A stretch of DNA of 64,000 nucleotides, from contig JBHGNT010000009.1 of assembly GCA_043228905.1 (NCBI GenBank), positions 7,378,001 through 7,442,000 on the forward strand, given 5' to 3'. The stretch comes from Azolla caroliniana (lineage: Eukaryota; Plantae; Polypodiophyta). How positions within the stretch are numbered: the first letter of the stretch is position 1; every line of letters begins with the position of its first letter. The translations under genes and the position numbers were made by a program. Shown here in pieces: positions 26,900-38,451 of this stretch. The notes under the pieces are model-generated. The model searched no databases. It saw only the letters and a program-made list of their open reading frames with translations, and was not told where the DNA came from.

Positions 26900-28606
26900 A
26901 ATCCTTCAACCACCAAATCGTTTGCCACATATGTTTGTTTTCTTCAAGTCAATTCCCATCTCTATCCTATCACGCTCAAAAATGATTATTCAATACTCGA
27001 TGTGGGTGAAAATACAAGACCATGTCTTCACCTTTGTAACTCTCTATAACCAAAGGGAGATATATAGATAGATAAATAGATTATATTATCGTCTTCGGAG
27101 GTCAAATATGACCTATGAGACCAAAAATATTACATTTCACGTGATATGTGTGAAAGTGAGTAGTGACTCTCAATGTTCAAGAACTTTACCAATGAATGTT
27201 GCAATCGAGAGTGCACATTGTGGTTGTGAGAGGAATTCATGCAAGGATTGGACTCGATCGAAGAGATGTGGAAAGCATGGTCGAATATGATCAAAGGCAG
27301 AGCATTGTATCAAAGTGTGATACTCAGACTCGCGAACTTGTTTAGGGCAAAGTGTGCATAGCCGACCACTCTCATCACTTGTGCCCCAACGCCCTGTCTC
27401 ACATCGCAATGCATGTGAGCTAAGTCGCATGGAATAAATGGTTCGAATGGCAGATAACGGTATGGGCTCTAACATGTATCGATGTGTAAGATTTCCCCGT
27501 TCCGCAAAGAATATGGTTTAGTGGTTAGGTGCAACATGTGTAGTATAATATGTGAAGCGCGAGCCTCCACATTTGTCCCATGTCATGATACATTGGCATT
27601 GCAAAAATGCCTCATTTACAAAGGAATCTAATGATGCATCATGAAGCAAGTGTCTCGCATCCCATCTACCAAACCATTTTTCTATATCTTGCATCCAACC
27701 GGAACACAAAATTTTGCTTTTATGCGTCTTTTAGATCTTTTTGCTTGCTTCCCATGCAATTCTAGGAAGTCGATGTGAGGGACTTTTTTGAACCTTAGGC
27801 ATGTATTCAACGACCCTTTCCATGAACATGATCTCAATGGGAAGCGATCCCGTCTCAAGGAGGAGGGTGTAGGGCGTTTGTTTCTTAACTTGTAGAAACT
27901 TTGTAAGAAAATGTTTTTGGACATTTTTAAACTCTTTCCACATAGATTTAGGGATGCTACCGCCCCATACTTCCCCCCCATAGAGAAGAACCAGTGTCAC
28001 CAAAGTGTCGAAAAGATATTTCTTGAAGACCCAACACTTAATATCTCCAAGATTGCATGTGTTCTCAAATGCATAGTATGCTCACTTACCCGCCTCTAAG
28101 CGGCGTGTAGCACATTCATTCCATCTATGATTTGAAGGAACTTCAAGGCCAAGATATTTGAAGCTTTCCATGAGAGGGAGAGGGAGATTTTATTATCGTT
28201 CTTGGAGGTCAAATATGACTTATGGAACTAAAATTGAGTTATTTTCACATTGTAGGTACGGAAATGAGATGTTCTTCTCAATATTTAAGAATTTTACTAA
28301 GAATTCCCATCTCTATCCTATCACGCTCAAAAATGATTATTCAATACTCGATGTGGGTGAAAATACAAGACCATGTCTTTACCTCTATAACTCTCTATAA
28401 GCAAAGGGAGAGGGAGATTTTATTATCGTTCTTGGAGGTCAAATATGACTTATGGAACTAAAACTGAATGATTTTCACATTGTAGGTATGAAAATGAGAT
28501 GTTATTCTCAATATTTAAGAATTTTACTAATAAACTTTGCAATTGAGAGTGCACATTATGATTGTGACTGAATGTGTGTAGGTAGTGAACTAAATTGATA
28601 GTGTGT
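26900..28606 (-). mobile_element. RTE-X-like LINE fragments with duplicated 3' UTR blocks
   Basis: ORFs LLYGGEVWG...LLETGSLPIE and MRLSSHALRCETGRW...RLCTLC...ESEYHTLIQC. Blocks 26950-27120 ~ 28302-28460 and 28172-28300 ~ 28405-28530 are repeated. Confidence 0.75.
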
Positions 28607-28607
28607 T

Positions 28608-28819
28608 CACTTGCCACTTCTTACCTTCCAGCACTACCACCCACACTGGCAATCACCGGCCATTGTCGGACAAAGCACATAGGTTTCCCCACAAGCGATA
28701 CTCATTAGTTGGGCACTTGCCACGGATAATTTGTCCATCACCCTCACCTATAATATCCCATGGTGAGAATTTACCGTAGTATTCTATACACGGGATATTA
28801 TATGGTCATGCCTGTAACA
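28608..28819. mobile_element. One end of a small TGTTACA-terminated inserted element; the other end is at 4475-4542
   Basis: 31-bp terminus 28789-28819 matches 4512-4542 at 30/31. Both abut the 5-mer ACAAG of a copia RT. Confidence 0.7.
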
Positions 28820-30530
28820 CTTGTTTTAGGCCATATAGACTTTTCTTTAGTCGCCATATGAGGTGATTGTCCTCCCCCATCGTCGTGAAGCCTGCCGGTT
28901 GAGACATGTAAAAGTCTTCTTCCAGATCTCCGTGTAGGAATGTCGTCTTTATGTCCATCTGCTCGAGCTCTAGATCGTTTATCGCCACGACTCCTAGTAG
29001 GAGTCGGAGGGTGGTCATCTTGACTACTGGTGAGAATATATCATCGTAGTTGACCCCGTATTCCTGTTTGAATCCTTTCGCGACAAGCCGAGCTTTGTAC
29101 TTGGGTTTCTCTGAGTCGGATACATACTTGTATCCTTAAACCCATTTGCAAGGTAGCGGCTTCCTTCCAGTTGGTAGTTCGACCAGCTCCCATGTCTAAT
29201 TCTGATGAATCGAGTCCATTTCGGATTTCATGTCTTGTAGCCATGTTTCGGCATCCGGTGCGGCCATAGCTTCTTCATAGGTGCTTGGTTCGCCTACATC
29301 CGTGTAGTTGATGTAGTCGAGGCCCGGTTGGTAGAACTCTGTTTGCCTTCGAGCTCGTCCAGATCTCCTGTGTGCCGAGGTGTTTGGTTCGGATCCTTCG
29401 ATCAGCTCTGTTGGTTGATTGGTATTAGTTGAACCATTTGTATCAAGAGTCTTGCCTGGTTATCCTCCCATGTGGTTGTTGTCGACTCTTTTTTGACTTG
29501 TCTCTTGGTGACTTTGACTTTATCGATCATGGTTGATTCAGCTGTGTCTTTGATAACTTTGTCTTTGAGTTCGACGATAGGACTTGTTGCCGATTCAATG
29601 TCGGCAAGGAAGTTGGTAGCTTGTTGGAGTTCGACTGTTTGTCAAGTCTCCGATTCGGCCCGGTGGGTCGGTCCTTCTACGACAGTGGTATCATCTTTGA
29701 AGGATACCTTCTTACCAACTATTTTCTGTTGGTTCCATTGAGAGAAGATAGATTCTTCATTGAAGACTACGTCGCTGCCCCTAATCAATTTCCATTTCTT
29801 AGGGTCCCATAGCCGGAAGCCAAAGCCCCCATCGGTTCCATAACCGAGAAATATGCACTTTGTTGCATGGGGTGCCAACTTCGTCCTTTTGTGCCTGGGG
29901 ATGAACAGGTAGGCTTCGCATCTGAATATACAAAGCCTATTGTAGGTCGGTTGTTTGCCTAACCATAGTGCCTGTGGCACTTCGAGCCTAATGGCTCTTG
30001 ACGGCGCCAAATTTATCAGGTACACTACTATCTACAATGCCTCGGCCCAGATTCTAGCTTCAGTCCGGCTTGCTGGAGCATTGTCGTCACCCTCTCCTGG
30101 ATCGTCCTATTGATCTATTATGTCACTCCATTTTGCATGGGTGTGTAGGGAACGGTCTTTTGGTGTCATATCCCTTTTCTGGGCAAGTATTGTTTGAAGG
30201 CTCTAGAGGTGTATTCATCTACGTTGTCGGATCAGAGTGTCTTCACTCTATATCCCGACTGGTTCTCCACTTCAGATATCCATCGAGTGAAGACCTCGAG
30301 CGCTTCATCTTTGGACTTGATGAAGTATGCCCAAACTTTCTGCGTATAGTCATCTACGAATGTGATGAAGTAGCGGGATCCTCCTAGTGATCGCTCTGGC
30401 ATGGGCCCACATATGTCTATGTGCACGAGCTCTAGGGGGTGTCGTACCATCTCGTAGTGGAGAGAGTGCGGACTTCGGGTTTGTTTCCCATATCGACAAT
30501 GCTTGCAAAGTTTTGAGATGTAGCCGATCG
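28820..30530 (-). mobile_element. Ty1/copia 5' internal half (integrase and RT N-terminus), partner of 4543-6150
   Basis: LELVHIDICGP...YFITFVDD; KCIFLGYG; LEQMDIKTTFLHGDLEE...KSLYGLKQ ending exactly at the insertion site. Confidence 0.88.
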
Positions 30531-31112
30531 ACATCAGCTTTTAGATTAAACGCGGTGTCGACGAAGCTGCAAAAATTAATAGCTTTAGTCGAGTCGCTGC
30601 AATTGGGCTACAAGAAAGGATCCAAGAGCTACAAAGAGAGCATCAGACATGGGCGACTTTCGAAAGAGCATTATGGAATGAATACAACATCAACGATATG
30701 TCAAGGATGACAAGGCGAGTTTTCATGGATTGGGTAGAGTCTAATAAACATTTAAGTGTTTTGGAAGTATTAAAAGAGTTTTCTGAAAGATTTGAGCAAC
30801 TAAATGTTAGAGATAGAAATATAATAGTGCTAGATAAAGTCATATTGTTTCTACAAGCTACTAATATTAAAGACAGGAAGGACTTGGGAATGCTTTTAGA
30901 AGATCAGAATAGTCCAAGTGGACTTACCGAAGACTGGGAGGAGGTGAAAAGGGCGTGCGCCCATTTCTGCAAAAGAAAGTTATGGTTTATGGAGTTGCCC
31001 GACAGAAATGATGAAGAAACAGGGAACGAGTCAGGAGAAAAGAAAGTAGAAGAATCACTCTTACACGAATTGGTGAAAGGCATGAAAGACTTGTCGATCA
31101 AAGTGACGAAGC

Positions 31113-33875
31113 TGACAGGAACTCAACGCTCCTTAAGCACAACGCTCGGCCACAACCGAGCTTAGAATCATACACAGAAAACAGGAAACGGAAAAACACG
31201 ACACAAAGGAGAGAAAAGGTGCACAGGATGTTTACGTGGAAAACCCAAACTAAGGGAAAAACCACGGCAGCCCACAGGTTGCAAACTATCACTATGTTGG
31301 AATGTACAAACAGTGAGTTCACGGAGGCAACGACCTCGTGCTCACGATCTTCGCCACAGGCGGCGGTTACAACAGAGGCAGCGACCTCTTTCTCTAGATG
31401 CTCGGGTGGCCTATCCGATTGTTTCACTAGCACCATTGGTGTAAAACAGGGTTGCCCCCTATCACCGACTCTTTTTGGGATCTACATTGATGAGATCACT
31501 GATTTTATTGTTCGTAAGGGAGGCAAGGGAGTAGCTATTGGGGAGACGCAAGTTAGTCTCTTACTCTACGCAGACGACATTGTCTTGCTCTCAGAGTCGG
31601 AACACGACCTACAAAAGCATCTTAATGCCCTGGATGACTTTTGTACACAACGAGGACTGGTAGTGAATTTAGCGAAAACTAAAGTCCTTATCTTTCACAC
31701 ATCGTCCCGAGTTAGGAGTCAATGTCACCTAATCCTCTCTCAAAAACCAGTTGAGGTAGTGGGATCGTATGTATACTTGGGAGTCACCTTTAGTGCTCGC
31801 TCAGGTAAATTCTCGATGACCCAGGCAGCCAAAGATAGGCTAACGAGAGGGTATGCATCCCTCTCACTCTTAGAGAGACAATGCCATCAGGCATACTTTC
31901 AAGAGCCACGGACTAAGGGATGGCTTTTTGACTCATTAGTGACCCCGTCCCTCATGTATGCATCAGTAGTATGGGCTCCAGGTTTACCATCTTTCATGTG
32001 GACGCAATTAGAGAGACCTTTAGTGACGATGTTATCACGTCAACTCCGAAGCAAATCGACAGTACCACATGACATTATTAGAGCTTAGTTCAGTCTACCC
32101 CCGATGTTAGTAGAAGCACTCTTTCAAGTGGTAGTTTTTATTCATCGAATACATAGCCAACCACAAGATAGGATATCCCGTCGAGCCTTTGAGGCGTCTC
32201 GATCTTTATATGTGTCTGGCGACACTAGCTCTTGGTATAGCATCGTGGTGAGTTGGCTCCGTGCGAACGGCATAGACATTAATAACCTACCTCCCCTTAA
32301 GTACAACCATGGGACTGATCAAACTTTAATCTCTCACGAAGATCATAATAAAGTGATACGCCAAGAAATATGGCAAATTTACACTCGATACAAATGGATC
32401 ACCCCACGAGAACCACTCCCATCTAAAATGGTGTACTATAAGGAACACTTCTTGCGCTTCTCTACGCTAGGCTTTATTACACGACCAAGATATTTAGATA
32501 CATTCTTATCAAATGCACTAAGGGTGGCCATTGGACAACTTAGGATATCATCTCACCAACTTGAGATTGAGAATGGTCAGGCTAATAGAGTCCCTAGAGA
32601 GGAAAGGTTATGTAGGTTATGCCACATAGAGATAGAGGATGAGTATCACTTCACATGCAAATGCCCAACTTATGCCGAGATACGAGCGGAATACCAAGAC
32701 ATACTAGGACCCTCTCCCACCCTCTCCAAACTATTAGATACCCCGAATGTAAAGAGACTAGGTAGATATATCTTAGACCTAAAACAACATAGGGAGAATA
32801 AATTACAAAGTGCTAACGATAACCCTCTTAGTATTCATCACCATGTAACTAGTGTAATTTTTCAGGAACAAGGGGAGACGATGAATGTGGATACACTTAC
32901 GCCGCTCGGCCTCTCCCTTGAGGAAGCAGAAATGCAAAGAACAACGAAACGCCCTCGAATGTTGGGCTTCAAAACAAGTCAACGTGGAGTAGACAAGATT
33001 AAGAAGATAAGGGAACGTGAGCTACGTCGACTAGAAGCTATGGTTGGGGTACCTCTTACATGGGGACCACGGGCCACATCCACATCGCAACCCTTTGACC
33101 TTCCGCTTCTCTTCGAGAGACTTGGATGGAAATGAAAATAACAATTGTATAACACCATTTTCATTGTAGTAGAACATGTTTCTATATAAAACATGTTTGT
33201 TATTTTTTAGAACTATTTAGCTTAAACTCTATTTTTCATCTTATTTTTATTTTTACTTCGATGAATGGGTAAATATCCCATTTTTGTTGTAAACCATTTG
33301 TCTCATGGGCCAATTTTGGCCTTAGAAGACGTTAATATATCTTTCTTTCTTTCTTTCTTTCTTTCTCTCTCTCTGTACACTGTTACGTGCTCTCTCTTCT
33401 TCTTGCACCAACAAGAAATGACAACTACAGTCTAAAAGTTTGCCCTAAGTCATATTTATACTAATATGACTTTTCGGCTATTTACAAATATAGCCATGAT
33501 GGGCTCTTAGAAACATATTTACGAATATGTCTCTTCATCCGGTGAGCACTTCTCACCGGGTCTGCACCATCCGGCTCTCCGTAGCCGGGTACTCCTCATC
33601 CGGTCTTCACCGGGTCTGCACCATCCGACTCTCCATAGTCGGGCACTCCTCATCCGGTCTTCACCAAGTCTGCACCATCCGGCTCTCCGTAGCCGGGTAC
33701 TCCTCATCCAGTCTTCACCGGGTCTACACCATCCGGCTCTCCGTACCCGGGTACTCCTCATCCAGTCTTCACCGGGTCTGCACCATCCGGCTCTCCGTAC
33801 CCGGGTACTCGTCATACAGTTTCCCATCAGCACTGTTCTTCTCTCTTCCCATCCGGAGGAACCTGTCTCCCAACA
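31113..33875 (-). mobile_element. Solo LTR of the copia 13852-19620 family, TSD GAAGC, interrupted by a LINE
   Basis: TGACAGGAACTC...TCCCAACA; GAAGC at 31108-31112 and 33876-33880; five copies of the 54-bp repeat at ~33545-33815. Confidence 0.92.
31396..33365 (+). mobile_element. 5'-truncated RTE-X-like LINE: RT C-terminal half, C-terminal CCHC-type motif, 3' UTR, (TTTC)n tail
   Basis: GVKQGCPLSPTLF, LLYADDIVL, YVYLGV; LRISSHQLEIENG...RLCRLC..IEDEYHF..KC. One in-frame stop at 32086-32088. Tail 33340-33365; candidate TSD TCTTTCTCT. Confidence 0.88.
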
Positions 33876-36018
33876 GAAGCTAGAATCGGGACAAAGCTCG
33901 ACTTCATCAAGGCAAGGAGGTGGAATGGTCTGAAGGTGTATGTGGTGTGATAGTATCGACCACCAAAAGAAAAACTGTCAAGAACATAGGGATTCTCTTA
34001 ATCATGATAAAATCTACTATCAAGATGGAAAGATTCACTCGACAAAGACTCAACAACCAATCCAGCTCAACTTCGGGAAAGGTGGAATGAGAAAGCTAAT
34101 GGAAGATGCTGAGAGAGAAACGACTCAAGCGATACAATCCGTGACAACCTTAGGGTTGCGTGTAGAAGACTCATATGGTGGATCTCGTTTTTGGCAAGGT
34201 GTGATGGAGTATGCAAGAAAAGGGAAGGTTCCAGTGAAGGAATTAAAAAGCGCGGGTGATGAAATACGGAACTTCACTGGATGGAATGATCTAGTAGACA
34301 CACTATCAGCATTTGCCCAAGTGAATGTACAAGATGCACTAGTGGAAGAGAAGCGAAAGAGAGCTGAGGAGGCTGATTCGACAAAGAAACATGAGACAGA
34401 AAAACAACTTCAGAGAAGAGAGATGGAAAAGGATGCTCTTGAGTCAAAAGAAGCTAATAAAGTCAAAGGGAAGACAGACCCAACTTTTAAGCTTGCTTCA
34501 GACACAGAAGCCACGACGGATATAAAACATGTCATGGAAGAAGTTACGAGAGAATGTGCAGCAACAAGTCTCCAAGATTTGGATCATGAATCCATCAATA
34601 TTGTAGGTGTAAAGAAGATAAATGATGTTGGGATTCATGAAGGGGATAGGAGTCAACAACGGAGGTGCCATTGCGGAGCAACAAATTCCTTGTATTTCTT
34701 TGATAGATCATGGATCAGAAATTAACATGATGTCGTCGGAATGTTGTGCTCAAGGAAGGTGGCCAATCGATAAGAATCATGGGTCGAAGAAAAGAGTTAC
34801 AACAGAGATGACGGAGGATCTATTCGGAGCATGTCCCAGTGTGAAAGCAACAATGGGAGATGTGTCGGTGGATGAAAATTACTATGTGCAAGATGGATCA
34901 ACCTACCCTGTCATCCTTGGTCAACCATACATCAACGTAGTGAGTATGGAAACAAAGGATGGTGAACCATACATCAACGTAGTAAGGATGGAAACAACTA
35001 TGATTAGTGATGATTCAACTACGAGGATCAAGAGTCAGGATGGAAGGAAGAGGGGCCATATCTTAACCATGACGCCTAACCATGAAAGAAACAAAGAATG
35101 CTTGAGGGGACATCCAGTTCAGAAACAGAATGAAGAGTTTTTCCAAGACTTTGGATGAACTTTGCACTACTAGTGTGCAAGTTCAGAGGGGGTGGGTGTC
35201 GTGAAGGATTTGCTTCACGATATAAAAATAAACTTGAATATTGTATTAAGTAACATTTGAGAGACTTGAACCCGTAACCTCACACACCAAGGATGAAGCA
35301 TATACCATTAAGATAAGTTATTTTCTATAGTTATATTTTTATCACCATACTTATGACATGTGTATCTTCATACATTAGAGCTTAGATGAGCATGATGGCT
35401 ATCATGCATCACATGTAAAGCATGTGCGCCAAATGGCAATCATGCATCACATGCATGCCATGCACCCCCATATCATCATATGCATGAGAGAACCTATAAA
35501 GAGAGGCAAGGAATTAAGGGATGAATCAAGGGAAAACAGGGTAATGGATCAATCAAGAGATAGTGAGAAAATAATACAATTAAGTAAAGAAAATTAGCGC
35601 ATTGGGTGGAGAACCTCTTGTTTCGAAGTTGAGGTCGTGGGTTCAAATTAAGGGTCGGTATTGAAAAGATTCATCTTGCGATCGAGGATTGTAAAGTTGG
35701 TAAAATATTATATTTTTAATATACATCATGTTTATATCATATACTCTTGTTCCTTGAATCATACTTTGTCTCAATCTTCTTTCTAGAATCATACTTTTTC
35801 TCAATCTTCTTTCTTGAAGCATACATTGTCTCTATCTTTTATCTATGCTCATCTCTCTCTCTCGCACACGCACACACATTACTCGTAACTCTTCTTCTTA
35901 CTATCCTTAACCACTCTATTATCACCATACAAGCCTTATTAAAAGTTAAGTTTCTTCAACTCCCCTTAACCTTAGTCCCCGCGACTTCGCCGCACGAACC
36001 ACAACTACCCCGACAACG

Positions 36019-37409
36019 TGTCGTGTTCGAAACATCGGATGATGAAGGAGCAAGCCTAATTGAAGCTTGCGTCAATGGAGATTAAGAGTGTGAGGCTAGC
36101 ATACTTGAGGATCTAGCTGCTAAAGACGACATCAAGGAGGTGACTATGAACAAGACAACAAGCGTCGACAATGACCATGGCCAAATTTTCTCCACACTTG
36201 TTCCAAAGACATGGGCAGTTGCGTCCAAGAACCAACGTGAGACCCAAGAGATGGGAGGTGTCGGTGAGGAGCTAAAGGACAAAACGAATACATGCGACTG
36301 AGAGAGAAGCATAATCAAAGCTTGCTCAATCAAGAGGGTCAATGGGTACAAGGTCCATGTGATTGGAGAGATAGCCACGAAAAATGACATCGAGTCAGAG
36401 GTGGCTATGGAAGAATTAATGGCAGATGGCCACGTCGAGAATTCCTTTACACAAGTTCCGGAGACTTGGGCAGTTGCAGAGAGCCAACGTGAGACCCAAG
36501 AGATGGAAGGTGGTAGTAAGGGGAAGGACCAAGATGGTGTGCACAACATCGAGGCAAAGATAGATATGGACGATTCGATGGTGAATGATGGCAGTGACAA
36601 GACTTTCCCCACACTAGTTCTAGAGACTTGGGCAATTGCATCCGAGAACCAACATAAGACCCAAGAGACGGAAGGTGGCAAAAAGGGGGAGTTCAAATCT
36701 TATGTGAAAAATGACATCAAGACAAAGGTGTCGAAGGCAATTGACCAAAGACAAATGGATTCCTTCACACATGTTCTAGAGACTTGAGCAGTTGTGGTTC
36801 AAAGCCAACGTGAGACCCAAGAGACAGAAGATGATGGCGGGGAAGTGAAGGTCCAAGCTACAGACCCAAGAGAAGGACAATGACGACAAAGAATCAAGGG
36901 TTGAAGTTGATGTGTGGGAGGAAGAGGTCAAGCAAAGCATAGAGACAAAAGTTGATGCATACAACAAAGAGTCTGAGCAAAGTATGACAAGGGATGACGA
37001 TGGCCAAGAGAGCCATCAGGATTCGAAGGATGTGATCAAAACATCTAGCAAAGACGTTAGTGTGAAGATTGTCAACTCTAACATGAGATTGTATCAGGAA
37101 ACTGGACAAAGTGAGAAATATAGAGCATGGTCGCGTAAGGATCTCAAAGTGGGCATGCACTTGAAGGTTTTGGAGATCATCATCACCATCATCATCAATA
37201 ATATAATTATCTTCTTGACATCTATTTTCTTCTAATTTATCTTCTTCTCGAGTATAAAAATCTTTGTTCTTTTTAAATGTGACATTTGTTTCCTCGACTC
37301 GCACATACACATCATCGTCTTTTCAACAAGTTCACGAACGTCCTCCCTAGTCTGTGGCCCCGATGGTCCCACTCGCACGAAGCACGACTGCGCGCGAATC
37401 TTCGCGACA
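36019..37409. mobile_element. LTR-like unit with TGTCGTG...CGCGACA termini and internal degenerate repeats
   Basis: Termini match the ACGT-targeting family. At least four copies of the block GAC(T/A)TGGGCAGTTGC...CCAACGTGAGACCCAAGAG (~36210, 36462, 36624, 36781). Confidence 0.55.
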
Positions 37410-37413
37410 ACAT

Positions 37414-38451
37414 TGTCGTGGTATTCCGCGAGTACATGTAGGATCTTTGGCGGGACCGCGGGGATCTTGGACTAGGGAGACGGATGGTGGAATCCTTAAG
37501 CTTTGTGGGCTTCGGTCCGGAATTGGCTTCCGGCCCCAACTAATGTAGGGTTTCACAAAAAGACGGTTCACCGCGAATATGGACCCGACTCAAATATGTT
37601 ACAAGGAAGATAGATATACACTAACATGAATATATATTACAAGAGCTTTACAACAAGACGGTTACATGCCCCGAATCCGGTGGCTATTACATATTAATAG
37701 GCTAATACAACAAGTTAAGAATGGGAACAGGCGAAGGCGAGTCAAGTGGGCCGTCAGGACCGCAACGTCCACCGTTGGTCACGCCCCGAAGACGGTGGAG
37801 TGTTCCCGTGCCACTTCGCCCTCCCTTCTCGAACCGGTCGCCACACGAAACGCTCTCCATCAAGGAGAGGAAGCCGACTAACCAAGTGTTGCCACCGGAA
37901 TGCCTAAAGCCGCCATTGTAGGAACCCCCAAACCAAACCAAACTCTCACGCGAAGAAGAGAGAGCAATACCCGAAACCCTAAACCGCATAAACCCTAACT
38001 CGCACGAACCCTCACAAGAAGAAGAACCTAAATGGATTACTAACTTCCACTCAAAAGAATAAACCAAACCCACGAGACAATGAAGAAGACTAAAATGAAA
38101 CCCTAAAACGAAATAGGGTGAAAGACCAAAGTAGAAACCCTAAGAATAAGATGAAAAGGAAGAACACTACCAAACCCTAGACCTAAGCGGTATACCCTCC
38201 TAACTCAAAATGGGCAACCCCTCTACAAGGGACCCTCCCTTCCTTTTATAGAACAAGGAGAGGGATGCATTACAATGTGGGATAAATCCCGATTTACATG
38301 GGATTCTTTGTCCCGACTTAACTCCTACTCGGCACCATAAAGGTACTCCTATCACCTATACCATTTGTACAAGGGTGAGTGCACATGCTCCACCCCGCCA
38401 ATTCTTCCGACATTCCCCGGTTTCTCACCATGGCCCGGAATCTTCACGACA
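37414..38451 (-). mobile_element. Solo LTR related to LTRs 6815-7707 and 11048-11803; TSD ACAT/ACGT
   Basis: The reverse complement starts TGTCGTGAAGATTCCGGGCC and shares the TATAAAAGGAAGGGAGGG block. Flanks are ACAT (37410-37413) and ACGT (38452-38455). Confidence 0.88.

Larger units (their letters stand above)
30540..36015 (+). mobile_element. Gag-protease-only gypsy element (same lineage as 6815-11803); 5' LTR missing; 3' LTR 35197-36015 followed by ACGT
   Basis: gag 30600-31112 plus 33881-34560 with knuckle CMWCDSIDHQKKNC; protease-like LIDHGSEINMMS...VILGQPY (34622-35158); PPT GAGGGGGTGGG, then TGTCGTG...CCCGACA. Confidence 0.8.

Noticed and set aside
31219-32088. Apparent 289-aa gene with a novel N-terminus fused to RT
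   Set aside because: Chance in-frame read-through from the solo LTR into the inserted LINE at 31396.
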